A stretch of 64,000 nucleotides of DNA, taken from the IMG/VR virus record IMGVR_UViG_3300017917_002228, positions 64,001 to 128,000 of that record, one strand, 5' to 3'. Position 1 is the first letter of the stretch. Every line of letters begins with the position of its first letter. Positions 7,140 to 16,300 of this stretch are shown piece after piece. Source of the DNA: a virus. The notes below the pieces were generated by a model that was not told the origin of the DNA, did not search any database, and saw nothing but the letters and a program-made list of their open reading frames with translations. The translations under genes were made by a program, and so were the position numbers.

Positions 7140-7869
7140 TCTTATTATAGTTCCTGTAGGTCTAGATATTGATCATTTTGTTAAATTACATGAGCTAGAA
7201 TTTGACATGAATGATCATTGGCGTAATATTGCTAATGATCGTAACTATGATATCTTAGCAGTACAATATGGTGATTATGTTCCTCAAGAAGGTACATATG
7301 ATTATTTGCTTAAGGCAACAGGTAATAAATGGAAAATTCTTAAGTCAATTAAAAATGAAATTGACTTTGCTCAATGGGATTATATTGGTCTTTATGATGA
7401 CGATATTGTCACTACAACAGATTGTATCACAGCAGCTTTTAATTACGCTAAAATAAATAATATAGCAGCATATCAGCAAGCTCTTTCTCCAGGATCAGAA
7501 TCTAATTGGCCGGTTACTAGACAGCAAGAAGGATGGGCAGTATCGTTTACCAACTTTATGGAAATAATGTGCCCGGTCTTAAGACAGGACTGCTTATTTA
7601 AAGTGATTGATCTCATCGATAAATATGATGTAAATCATGGATGGGGACTTGATTTTATTTTTAGTGATTTGTTTGATAGCGATATTGGTATTATACATTT
7701 TGCTCCTATGTTTCATCCTTCCCGCCCAAGCACAGGTAGCTCTTACAAAAAAGATGACGCATTTAAAGAGATGGATTCTCTTCTCAATACCGTATATCCT
7801 TCTATTAAAGAAGGATGGGTATCGTCACCTGGCCATGTAAGATCGTTTTTAAAATACGATGAGGTTTGA
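7120..7869 (+). CDS. DUF707-like putative glycosyltransferase
   Basis: DYIGLYDDD, QQAL..GS, TNFMEIMCPV, GWGLD. Confidence 0.7.
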   Translation: MKASRNNLIIVPVGLDIDHFVKLHELEFDMNDHWRNIANDRNYDILAVQYGDYVPQEGTYDYLLKATGNKWKILKSIKNEIDFAQWDYIGLYDDDIVTTTDCITAAFNYAKINNIAAYQQALSPGSESNWPVTRQQEGWAVSFTNFMEIMCPVLRQDCLFKVIDLIDKYDVNHGWGLDFIFSDLFDSDIGIIHFAPMFHPSRPSTGSSYKKDDAFKEMDSLLNTVYPSIKEGWVSSPGHVRSFLKYDEV

Positions 7870-7870
7870 T

Positions 7871-8764
7871 ATGAAGTGTTTAGTAACAGGCGGAGCTGGA
7901 TTTATTGGTTCCCATATTGTAGATGCTCTAGTAGCTAAAGGTTATCAGGTATTAGTTATCGATAACGAGAGTTCTATTGTTCATAATAACTTTTACTACA
8001 ACGATAAAGCATCATATTTTAAAGAAGATATTGCTGACTATGATGCAACAAGACCTCTCTATGAAGGTGTTGATTATGTTTTTCATTGTGCAGCAGAGTC
8101 TCGTATTCAACCTGCTATCGAAAATCCTCTTCTAGCTATTCGTACAAATACTTTTGGTACTGGTGTTGTTTTGCAGTGTGCAAGAGAAGCTGGTGTTAAA
8201 AAGATTATGTACTCATCTACATCATCAGGTTATGGTCTCGTCAACACACCCCCTCTAGATGAGACTATGCCAGATGATTGTCTCAACCCATATTCAGTGT
8301 CAAAAGTATCTGGAGAAAAACTCTGCGGTATGTATGATAAACTGTTTGGAGTAAAAACAGTTATATTCAGATACTTTAACGTATATGGGCCTCGTGAACC
8401 TCTTAAAGGTCCATATGCTCCAGTTGTAGGTTTATTTCTAAGACAATTTAAGGCTCAAGAACCTATTACTATTGTTCCCGACGGACATCAGCGTAGAGAC
8501 TTCACTCACGTTAATGACGTTGTGCGCGCTAATCTATTAGCAATGGAAAGCGATGTTCACGGTGAACTATTTAATGTAGGTACTGGTGTAAATTACTCTG
8601 TATTAGAACTAGCTGATATGATATCAGACAACCAAGTTATGATTGCTCCTCGCCTAGGTGAAGCTAGAGTTACATTAGCTAATAATTCTAAAATTAGAGA
8701 TATGCTAGGTTGGGTCCCTACATATAAAATTACTGATTATATTAAGGAACAACTAAATGGCTAA
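7871..8764 (+). CDS. NAD-dependent nucleotide-sugar epimerase/dehydratase
   Basis: VTGGAGFIGSH, YSVSK (YxxxK), RYFNVYGP, RDFTHV. Confidence 0.95.
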   Translation: MKCLVTGGAGFIGSHIVDALVAKGYQVLVIDNESSIVHNNFYYNDKASYFKEDIADYDATRPLYEGVDYVFHCAAESRIQPAIENPLLAIRTNTFGTGVVLQCAREAGVKKIMYSSTSSGYGLVNTPPLDETMPDDCLNPYSVSKVSGEKLCGMYDKLFGVKTVIFRYFNVYGPREPLKGPYAPVVGLFLRQFKAQEPITIVPDGHQRRDFTHVNDVVRANLLAMESDVHGELFNVGTGVNYSVLELADMISDNQVMIAPRLGEARVTLANNSKIRDMLGWVPTYKITDYIKEQLNG

Positions 8765-9344
8765 TGTATTTTTAGACCTTGGTACTCACTTTGGCCAAGG
8801 TCTTTCTAACTTTATAAACAGATATAACATGGATGAGAGCTGGGTTGTTCATACATTTGAAGCCAACCCAACAACTTATGATATCTTTATGGAACAACAT
8901 AATAGTAGATCATGGGTTACTGCTCATAATAAAGCAGTATGTGCTGAAGATGGAACTATTACACTTCATCAAGAAACTCCTCCTAATGAAGGAGCAACAG
9001 GTCAAGGCTCATCTATTATTAATTTAGAATACTGGAATCCTTGGAATGGTACTATAAGAGAAAATTTTCAATCTGATATCGATGTAGAATCTATTTCACT
9101 CTCTAACTTTATTAAGAGCAACTTTAATATAGAAGATAATATTATTATTAAAATGGATATTGAAGGTGCTGAGTTTGAAACTTTGCAAGACCTTATAGAG
9201 ACTAAAGCTATAGAATATGTAAATGAAATATACGTTGAATGGCACCCTCATTTCTTTACCAATAAAGAAGAGATGGGTGTGTTAAAGAACAATATTTTAA
9301 ATAAACTAAAAGATTATAAAGTTGTTATGCATGAGTGGCATTGA
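8757..9344 (+). CDS. FkbM-family methyltransferase
   Basis: FLDLGTHFGQ, FEANP, IKMDIEGAEF, VEWH. Confidence 0.88.
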   Translation: MANVFLDLGTHFGQGLSNFINRYNMDESWVVHTFEANPTTYDIFMEQHNSRSWVTAHNKAVCAEDGTITLHQETPPNEGATGQGSSIINLEYWNPWNGTIRENFQSDIDVESISLSNFIKSNFNIEDNIIIKMDIEGAEFETLQDLIETKAIEYVNEIYVEWHPHFFTNKEEMGVLKNNILNKLKDYKVVMHEWH

Positions 9345-10138
9345 TGCAAGGTTATTTTTTTATTGCTCTGGGTGAACAATATATTGATGAATGTGTTATA
9401 TTAACACAAACGATTCGAAAACAGAACGATGAAAGGCCTGTAAGCCTTCTAATTCATCAAAGAGATATTGAATACGCTCAGCAGTATAATATGTTTGATA
9501 AGTTAGTAGTTTTTAATCCTAAAGATAAGCTTTGGGAAAACTGCACCACTAACTTTGAAAAATACTGTCTTTATCCTAGACTATATCTAAACTCATATAC
9601 ACCTTACGAAGAAAGCATTACAGTTGATTCTGACGTACTTTGTCAGTATAATGCAGATAAAGTATGGAAGTTTTGCTCACAATATACCAAGCCAGTTGTT
9701 ATGACTGGACGACATGATGATCCTTCTTGGCATTGGGGACATATCAACGAAGTATCAGAAGCATATGGTAAAAAAGTACCTCATGTTCATGGCGGGTTCT
9801 TCTATCTAAGAAAAGATCCATTTCTAGATACTTTTTTTGATTATTGTAAAGAAGTATTTTACAAGTATGATGACTACAACTGTAAGAGGATGTTTAGAGG
9901 TGGTAAAGTAGATGAGATTATATTTGCAATTGCTCATGCACACTTTGATATGCTACCTGTAGATTTTAGTCAGTTTCCAATTATGACATTCAACTACACT
10001 CCTGACATGGAAATACCTTCTAAGATACAAACTGAAGGTGGAAGAATAGAAGAGATGAAAGATTACATCCCATTTGTTCATATGTTTGATAAAATGGGTG
10101 GGCAAAATTACGAAACACTTCTTAGTAAAATTATATGA
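9344..10138 (+). CDS. GT-A fold (GT8-like) glycosyltransferase
   Basis: DSD motif, HGGFFY, DE..F, VHMF. Confidence 0.7.
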   Translation: MQGYFFIALGEQYIDECVILTQTIRKQNDERPVSLLIHQRDIEYAQQYNMFDKLVVFNPKDKLWENCTTNFEKYCLYPRLYLNSYTPYEESITVDSDVLCQYNADKVWKFCSQYTKPVVMTGRHDDPSWHWGHINEVSEAYGKKVPHVHGGFFYLRKDPFLDTFFDYCKEVFYKYDDYNCKRMFRGGKVDEIIFAIAHAHFDMLPVDFSQFPIMTFNYTPDMEIPSKIQTEGGRIEEMKDYIPFVHMFDKMGGQNYETLLSKII

Positions 10139-11232
10139 TTAAAAAATTTGATTATCTTATTGTAGGAGCCGGTATGTTCGGTTCCACATTTGCTCGTCTT
10201 GCTACAGATGAAGGTAAACGCTGTCTTATTATAGACAAGCGCAATCATATTGCTGGTAACTGTTATACAGAGAACAAAGACGGTATTAATATACACAAAT
10301 ACGGTCCTCATATCTTTCATACAAGTAATGATAAGATATGGAACTTTGTTAATCGCTTTGCTAAATTTAATAATTTTATTTTAAATCCTAAAGCGTATTA
10401 TGATGGTAAGCTATATTCACTACCATTTAATATGAATACATTTTATGAGATGTGGGGTACTATTAAACCTCAAGATGCTAAGTTTATAATAGAAAATCAA
10501 ACTAAAAAAATAGGCTCAGTTGACAATCTAGAAGATCATGCACTTAGCATGGTTGGTGAAGATATTTATAATAAGCTTATTAGAGGTTACACTAAGAAGC
10601 AGTGGATGAAAGATCCTAAAGAACTGCCTGCTTCTATTATTAAAAGACTACCTATACGTCTTACATACAACAATAACTACTTCAATGACACCTATCAGGG
10701 TATTCCAATAGGTGGTTATACTAAGATGTTTGAAAATATGCTTGAAGGTATTGAAGTAGTTTTAAATGAAGATTATTTTAATAAAAAATCAGAATGGGAT
10801 TCTATTGCTCATAAGGTAGTTTATACAGGATGTATAGATGAATTTTTTGATTACAAGTATGGTAAGCTGGAGTATAGAACGCTAGATTTTCAAACTCAAT
10901 TTTTAGAAGATACTGGTAACTTTCAAGGTTGTGCTATGGTCAACTATACAGAAGAAAGTGTACCTTACACACGTATTATTGAACATAAGCACTTTGAATT
11001 TGGTACACAACATTACACATACATTACACATGAATATCCAGTAAAGATGGAAGAAGGAAAGACGCCTTACTATCCCATTAATACTGATGCAAATCAAAAG
11101 ATTTTTCATCAATATGACTTGCTATCTAAACAATCTAATGTTATATTTGGTGGAAGACTAGCCAATTATCAATACTATGATATGCATCAAGTGATAGGAC
11201 AGGCTATGTCTATATACGAGTCCGCTAAATAA
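10135..11232 (+). CDS. glf: UDP-galactopyranose mutase
   Basis: IVGAGMFG, HKYGPHIFHT, YTKKQW, YQGIP.GGY, RIIEHKHF, GRLANYQYYDM. Confidence 0.97.
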   Translation: MIKKFDYLIVGAGMFGSTFARLATDEGKRCLIIDKRNHIAGNCYTENKDGINIHKYGPHIFHTSNDKIWNFVNRFAKFNNFILNPKAYYDGKLYSLPFNMNTFYEMWGTIKPQDAKFIIENQTKKIGSVDNLEDHALSMVGEDIYNKLIRGYTKKQWMKDPKELPASIIKRLPIRLTYNNNYFNDTYQGIPIGGYTKMFENMLEGIEVVLNEDYFNKKSEWDSIAHKVVYTGCIDEFFDYKYGKLEYRTLDFQTQFLEDTGNFQGCAMVNYTEESVPYTRIIEHKHFEFGTQHYTYITHEYPVKMEEGKTPYYPINTDANQKIFHQYDLLSKQSNVIFGGRLANYQYYDMHQVIGQAMSIYESAK

Positions 11233-11300
11233 ACAACCTGTTTTCTGAAACAGGGAAGCAGCCTGGATAGTATCCTTGCTGTCAACATTAAGGAGAAGTA

Positions 11301-11732
11301 ATGAAACAATTACTACATCTCCTAGTATTCTTTATGCTAGGAATGTGTGTGTTGTCTTCGAAGACTGTAGCAAATGATAAAATCCATTCACTTGTCACAC
11401 AGAAGGCAATAGAGCACAATGTGCCTCCTTCTTTTGCACACGGTGTTATAATTACGGAATCAAATTATAATCCTAATGCAAAAAATGGAAGCTCCATTGG
11501 CCTAGGGCAAATTCAATGTCGTACGGCTAAGGGAATCGGACTACAAGGGGATTGTAAAAGGTTATTTGACCCAGATACTAATCTCATGTATTCTATGAAA
11601 TACCTTAGAATGGCTCTTGATAGAGCGAAGGGAAATCAATGCTTTGCAGCTACCCTATACAATAGAGGATTAGGAGCTAAACCTGCTAATTCTAAGTATT
11701 GTAAAAAGGTATTCTCTAAAATAAAAACTTAG
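11301..11732 (+). CDS. SLT-family lytic transglycosylase with N-terminal signal/SAR segment (endolysin candidate)
   Basis: ESNYNPNA catalytic Glu, IGLGQI, YN.G; hydrophobic N-terminus. Confidence 0.88.
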   Translation: MKQLLHLLVFFMLGMCVLSSKTVANDKIHSLVTQKAIEHNVPPSFAHGVIITESNYNPNAKNGSSIGLGQIQCRTAKGIGLQGDCKRLFDPDTNLMYSMKYLRMALDRAKGNQCFAATLYNRGLGAKPANSKYCKKVFSKIKT

Positions 11733-11743
11733 TGATTATGAGT

Positions 11744-11817
11744 TGGGAGATCGTCTAATGGTAGGACAACGGACTTTGACTCCGTCAATCTAGGTTCGAG
11801 CCCTAGTCTCCCAGCCA
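11744..11817 (+). tRNA. tRNA-Gln(TTG)
   Basis: TGGGAGA/TCTCCCA acceptor, loop CTTTGAC, GCCA. Confidence 0.92.
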
Positions 11818-11876
11818 TAGTGATAACAAGGTAATAAATAATGTTTTACATCTATCCGGAAAGGTCTCAACCAATT

Positions 11877-12239
11877 ATGAACAACACATGGGGTTACCAT
11901 CTTCTTCTTGACTGCACAGCAGGTCATAAGGACGCTATCTCCTCAAAAGAAAATGTCTATAATTTTATTAAAGAACTAGTTCCAGCTATTGATATGGTCG
12001 CATTTGGTGAGCCTTGGATTGAGCATTTTGCTACTCATGATCCAGACAAGGCTGGTATTTCTCTCTGCCAAATGATCGAAACATCTAACATTACTGGTCA
12101 CTTTGTAGACAAGAATGGTAACTTCTATATTGATGTTTTTAGTTGCAAGCCTTTCGATAATGATGTAGTATTAGAAGTGGTCAGTAAGTACTTCAATCCA
12201 GAAAAGATTCGTGTACACTTTATTTCACGTGACGCATAA
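11877..12239 (+). CDS. speD: S-adenosylmethionine decarboxylase-like protein
   Basis: GYHLLLD, G.S..Q.IETSNITGH, YIDVFSCK.F. Confidence 0.85.
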   Translation: MNNTWGYHLLLDCTAGHKDAISSKENVYNFIKELVPAIDMVAFGEPWIEHFATHDPDKAGISLCQMIETSNITGHFVDKNGNFYIDVFSCKPFDNDVVLEVVSKYFNPEKIRVHFISRDA

Positions 12240-12245
12240 GTATAT

Positions 12246-12320
12246 CGCGGGGTAGCGCAGAGGTAGAGCACCTGGCTCATAATCAGGAGGTCGCCGGTTC
12301 AAATCCGGCCCCCGCAACCA
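12246..12320 (+). tRNA. tRNA-Met(CAT), initiator-like (C1:A72 mismatch)
   Basis: CGCGGGG/CCCCGCA acceptor, loop CTCATAA, ACCA. Confidence 0.9.
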
Positions 12321-12335
12321 ACTTTAGGATATATT

Positions 12336-13094
12336 ATGATTGAGCATGCATACATTCTTTATATTGATACTCCTGAAGCAACAAAATATATGGAAGAGTG
12401 TAAAGCTTCTTGTGAGCAATATGGCATTCCTGTTACACCCTTTATGGGTAAAAAACTTCCATGCACAGTAGAAGAAGTTAAGAATGATTGGGGATTTAAA
12501 GTAGACCCTGACGTTGAAATTAACAGTCGTGGTTTACCATGGATGGATAGCTGGTTTAAAGAGCAGCTCTGTTTAACTGGCCATATGAGTATATGGAAAA
12601 AGATTGCTACCGAGCACAAAGCAGCAGTAGCAGTATTTGAACATGATGCTATTGTGAAGCGAAACTTTAGTGATGTTCAAGTTCATGATATGGAATTTGT
12701 ATATCTAGGATATAGAGTAGATCATAGAGATGATTATGAATGTATCTCTGATCCGTTTATCAAAGTACCAGTTGATAAGTTTGAAGGTACACATGCCTAT
12801 GCTCTCACACCTCGTACAGCTGCAGCATGTTTGAATGCGCTAACTCAACTACCTGTATTACCATTAGGTACTTCTATCGATCATATGATGGGTGTTCGTA
12901 ATATGTTTAATCTACCTATGTGGGTAGTAGATCCAGCTCCAGTAGTAGCAGCTATTGAAGATAAGCAGTCTTTTACACAACCAGATCAAAAGACTGCTCG
13001 ATATAATATGGCACCTCCAGATGGGTTTCTGAAAGGGCTAAAAAATACAGATAAGTACATGTATGATCCTGAAAACAACTGGTTGGTATTCTGA
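12336..13094 (+). CDS. GT25-like glycosyltransferase
   Basis: C..GHMSIWKKI, VFEHDA, YLG, GTHAYALT..AA, ID. Confidence 0.8.
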   Translation: MIEHAYILYIDTPEATKYMEECKASCEQYGIPVTPFMGKKLPCTVEEVKNDWGFKVDPDVEINSRGLPWMDSWFKEQLCLTGHMSIWKKIATEHKAAVAVFEHDAIVKRNFSDVQVHDMEFVYLGYRVDHRDDYECISDPFIKVPVDKFEGTHAYALTPRTAAACLNALTQLPVLPLGTSIDHMMGVRNMFNLPMWVVDPAPVVAAIEDKQSFTQPDQKTARYNMAPPDGFLKGLKNTDKYMYDPENNWLVF

Positions 13095-13095
13095 T

Positions 13096-13278
13096 ATGGA
13101 TGATAATTACTCTGTAAACATGCTCAAAAAAGCAGCTTTTGTAGACGAAGTAAGAAATTATCTTGATATTATTATACAGAGTGCTCAGGATTATGATAAG
13201 GAAGTAGCTGATAAAGCTAAGATAGTCAAGCAATATCTCGAAGGTAGAATTGAGCACTTGACTAAAATATCAAAATAG
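13096..13278 (+). CDS. Small hypothetical protein
   Basis: ATG just after the GT25 stop; helical 60 aa. Confidence 0.6.
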   Translation: MDDNYSVNMLKKAAFVDEVRNYLDIIIQSAQDYDKEVADKAKIVKQYLEGRIEHLTKISK

Positions 13279-13286
13279 CCTATATT
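13258..13286 (+). promoter_or_regulatory. Sigma70-like promoter TTGACT-N17-TATATT
   Basis: Near-consensus boxes with 17 nt spacer upstream of the OMP gene. Confidence 0.6.
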
Positions 13287-13496
13287 ATCTTATAGAGAGG
13301 TGTTTTGTTATGAACATTGTGTTATGGACTAGATGTGATGTGCCTCCTCTATATCATACCGGTGATTGTTTTTATTCAATAGAACAAATGATCATCGAAA
13401 ACGAAATGCACTATCGTGCATATTCTCTGCGGGAAGATGTGATTGTATGGATTCCCGCACAACACATACTATTATTAACAACATTAGGAGAACAAA

Positions 13497-14015
13497 ATGA
13501 TTCGCAATACACTAGTCGCATTCCTCGCTATCGCCGGGGTTTCCTCAGCCGTGGCAGGAGATCTACCAAATCGGAAGCAGGCTCCAGCCGCTCCAGTAGT
13601 ATCCAGCGATAGTGGCTTCTATGCCGGCGTCCGTGGTGGCGTTGTCTTTACTGACAATATTACAATCGGTGCTGGTGCGGGTTATCAGTTTAACCGTTTT
13701 ATTCGTGCAGAAGCTAACTACGACTACCTTAATAACGACAATAATAAGACAAATGGTCTTTCGTCGTCATTAGCAACTGGTAATATTATTGGTCAATATC
13801 CTATTGCAGTTTGGGGATTGACTCCTTATACGCTCGCTGGTATCGGCTATCGTTGGAGCGATGCCAAAAACGAGCCAGTCTGGAACGTCGGTGCGGGTGT
13901 CCGCTACGATGTAACGAAGAACGTAGAGCTTGATGCTCGTTACCGCTACGTTTCTTCTTTCCAGAACGAACGTCAGGGTAATGCATTTACCCTCGGACTT
14001 AACTATAAGTTCTAA
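13497..14015 (+). CDS. Eight-stranded outer-membrane beta-barrel, RopB/Omp25-like
   Basis: Signal peptide, AGDLPNRKQAP motif, GFYAG..GG, PYTLAGIGY, AGVRYD, C-terminal YKF. Confidence 0.9.
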   Translation: MIRNTLVAFLAIAGVSSAVAGDLPNRKQAPAAPVVSSDSGFYAGVRGGVVFTDNITIGAGAGYQFNRFIRAEANYDYLNNDNNKTNGLSSSLATGNIIGQYPIAVWGLTPYTLAGIGYRWSDAKNEPVWNVGAGVRYDVTKNVELDARYRYVSSFQNERQGNAFTLGLNYKF

Positions 14016-14022
14016 TATTACT

Positions 14023-14046
14023 GAGGCGGCTTCGGCCGCCTCTTTT
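14023..14046 (+). terminator. Intrinsic terminator GAGGCGGC-TTCG-GCCGCCTC-TTTT
   Basis: 8 bp stem, cUUCGg tetraloop, U-tract. Confidence 0.92.
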
Positions 14047-14049
14047 AAC

Positions 14050-14126
14050 GGTCGCTTAGCTCAGCTGGACAGAGCAACAGCCTTCTAAGCTGTGGGTCAA
14101 TGGTTCGAATCCATTAGCGATCACCA
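14050..14126 (+). tRNA. tRNA-Arg(TCT)
   Basis: ACAGC-CTTCTAA-GCTGT, CCA. Confidence 0.94.
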
Positions 14127-14131
14127 ATTTT

Positions 14132-14216
14132 GTCCGCGTGGTGGAATTGGTAGACACAAGGGACTTAAAATCCCTCGCCATAGTGCATGCCGGTTCGAGT
14201 CCGGCCGCGGATACCA
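14132..14216 (+). tRNA. tRNA-Leu(TAA)
   Basis: AGGGA-CTTAAAA-TCCCT, long variable arm, CCA. Confidence 0.93.
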
Positions 14217-14230
14217 TTAAGGATGTAAAA

Positions 14231-14452
14231 ATGGCTTTTATCAAACTTACAAACAATCATGGAATTCAGAAAGGCAATCCTCTGTTGATTAATACAGAAT
14301 GGATTTCTTCTGTATATGAAGAGCACACACCTGACGGTGTCAAGACTCTTATTTTTGGTGGCCCATCTGGTGTAGTATGGGACGTTGAAGAATCGTTTAA
14401 AGAAGTTCACAATCTTTTGGAGAATGTTAGTGGCAAGTGTTCGTGTAATTAG
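14231..14452 (+). CDS. FlbD-like small protein
   Basis: MAFIKLTN...LINTEWI.SV.E......T.I......V.ES..EV pattern; start after SD AAGGA (the track ORF start lies inside tRNA-Leu). Confidence 0.6.
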   Translation: MAFIKLTNNHGIQKGNPLLINTEWISSVYEEHTPDGVKTLIFGGPSGVVWDVEESFKEVHNLLENVSGKCSCN

Positions 14453-15086
14453 TTATACCACTCCTGTAAATGAAACAATGGATCTTTCTGATCTCATTGC
14501 TTACATTGCACGGGTATCTAATCCTTCTAATCAGATGAACACTGCTACATCTGATAAACTTCTTAAGTATCTTGCTAAACATAAGCATTGGTCTCCTTTC
14601 GAGATGGTCAATGTTGTTATGGAAATTGAGACTACACGAGATATTGCTCGTCAAATTCTTCGTCATCGTTCATTCGCTTTTCAGGAGTTCAGTCAACGCT
14701 ATGCAGATCCGACCTCCGATCTGGGATTTGAGACGCGTGAATCCCGTCTCCAAGATCATAAGAACAGACAAAATTCCATCGAAACAGAAGATGCCAAACT
14801 TCTCGAAGAATGGAAAAACCGACAAGCCAAAGTCATCAACGAAGCCCGAGGAGCCTACAAGTGGGCAATAGAAAAGGGTATTGCTAAAGAGCAGGCTCGT
14901 GCAGTTCTTCCAGAAGGAAACACTGTTTCTCGTATGTACATGAACGGTACACTTCGCTCATGGATTCATTACTGTCTTCTTCGTATGGGTCCGGAGACTC
15001 AGAAGGAGCACCGAGAGATAGCACTTGCATGTTGGCGAGAAATCATTAAAATATATCCATCACTCGAAAATGTAGTGGAAAGCTAA
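14424..15086 (+). CDS. thyX: Flavin-dependent thymidylate synthase
   Basis: HWSPFE, ILRHRSF.FQEFSQRY, AKEQARAVLP, TQKEHR. Confidence 0.97.
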   Translation: MLVASVRVISYTTPVNETMDLSDLIAYIARVSNPSNQMNTATSDKLLKYLAKHKHWSPFEMVNVVMEIETTRDIARQILRHRSFAFQEFSQRYADPTSDLGFETRESRLQDHKNRQNSIETEDAKLLEEWKNRQAKVINEARGAYKWAIEKGIAKEQARAVLPEGNTVSRMYMNGTLRSWIHYCLLRMGPETQKEHREIALACWREIIKIYPSLENVVES

Positions 15087-15111
15087 ATATTGTGCACAAT
15101 GGAGCACTATA

Positions 15112-15600
15112 ATGATTCGTTTCCGTAATACTAAACTAGTGCAAAAAGAACACCTAGAACTTGCTAAAGATCTAGGTGATTATATAGAAGACTACTTCTT
15201 CACTCCTAAGCTCAAAAAGAAGCTTGAAACTACAGTCTTTTTTAAAGAGAACTACTTCAAAGAGACTGGTAACTATGCTGATTGTGTATGGGAAGATACA
15301 CATGTCAGACCTCTAGAGTTCACCATTAACTTTGAACCTAAGCAGAAGCTCCCTGTATTTCTAAATACATTTGCTCATGAAATGGTGCACGTCAAGCAAT
15401 GGGCTAAAGGTGAAATGTATGTGCACCAACGTGATATTAGTATTACATGTTTTCGTAAGCAACTTGTAGATACTAACAAGGTAAACTACTGGGATCAGCC
15501 TTGGGAAATTGAAGCATACGGTCGCTCAATCGGTCTTGTTGTGCAATGGGCACAAGATCGTAAACTTACTAACTGGAAAAAGCTGTTGCCTGATATGTGA
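15112..15600 (+). CDS. HExxH zinc metallopeptidase-like protein
   Basis: AHEMVHVKQ ... PWEIEAY. Confidence 0.75.
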   Translation: MIRFRNTKLVQKEHLELAKDLGDYIEDYFFTPKLKKKLETTVFFKENYFKETGNYADCVWEDTHVRPLEFTINFEPKQKLPVFLNTFAHEMVHVKQWAKGEMYVHQRDISITCFRKQLVDTNKVNYWDQPWEIEAYGRSIGLVVQWAQDRKLTNWKKLLPDM

Positions 15601-15614
15601 TCATATGCTATAAT
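15586..15614 (+). promoter_or_regulatory. Early sigma70-like promoter TTGCCT-N17-TATAAT
   Basis: Consensus boxes; matches other copies. Confidence 0.75.
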
Positions 15615-15640
15615 ATGGTTATATGTGATAGGAGATATCT

Positions 15641-15856
15641 ATGCAACGTCCTGGTAAAAAGCACAAAGCTGCTCTGTCTGACTACGATAACGTCAATCTG
15701 ACTTCGCTTATTCGTTTTTGTAAGGCTGCTCAAGCCGATCTCGAGAAGGCTGGCGATACTGATGCCGCACTTCGTTTCGAGATCTTTGGTGAGTATCTTC
15801 TTAACGACTTCAAAGGCGGCTTTCTCAAGTATAACTCTAAGGCTCTAGGTCTATAA
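15641..15856 (+). CDS. Hypothetical protein
   Basis: SD AGGAG, own early promoter. Confidence 0.75.
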   Translation: MQRPGKKHKAALSDYDNVNLTSLIRFCKAAQADLEKAGDTDAALRFEIFGEYLLNDFKGGFLKYNSKALGL

Positions 15857-15859
15857 ATA
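15852..15859 (+). promoter_or_regulatory. T4-type late promoter TATAAATA
   Basis: Exact consensus upstream of ORF 15886. Confidence 0.75.
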
Positions 15860-15885
15860 ATAGATCAATCTGATAGGAGAAAATT

Positions 15886-16275
15886 ATGAACGACAAAATC
15901 AATCCAGTAGATATCTATGCAAAAGCAATCTCAGAACAAGTTCGTAGAGAGCGCGGTTATGTAATAGAAGAATCACATTCTGAAGCTCAAAAGACAGTTG
16001 AGAAAAAAGAAAAAATAGGTGTAGGTCATGTAGCTTCACATGGTACCCATCACGTATTTTCTCCAGAAGATAGCAGCACAAACGATGATCATATAGCTTA
16101 TATTCATCATGATACTGCTACAGGTAAGAACCATCACATTCTTCTAGATACTAAAAAGCATTCAGTTGCTAGTGTTCATAAGCAAATGAACAAAGCAGTC
16201 CCAGGTGGTGTGCATAAAGATCTAGCTAAAAAAGTAGCTGATGCTCACAACGAAGACTTTGAACACGACGATTGA
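15886..16275 (+). CDS. His-rich late protein, putative internal head protein
   Basis: 15 His in 129 aa, all after a VIEE site; late promoter; SD AGGAG. Confidence 0.7.
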   Translation: MNDKINPVDIYAKAISEQVRRERGYVIEESHSEAQKTVEKKEKIGVGHVASHGTHHVFSPEDSSTNDDHIAYIHHDTATGKNHHILLDTKKHSVASVHKQMNKAVPGGVHKDLAKKVADAHNEDFEHDD

Positions 16276-16300
16276 TTTATAGTTAAACGTTAACCTAAAT

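Noticed and set aside
13310-13612. 100 aa ORF upstream of the OMP gene
   Set aside because: Overlaps the OMP gene by 116 nt out of frame and coincides with leader hairpins; an SD-like GAGAGG exists, so it is not fully excluded, but it is not called
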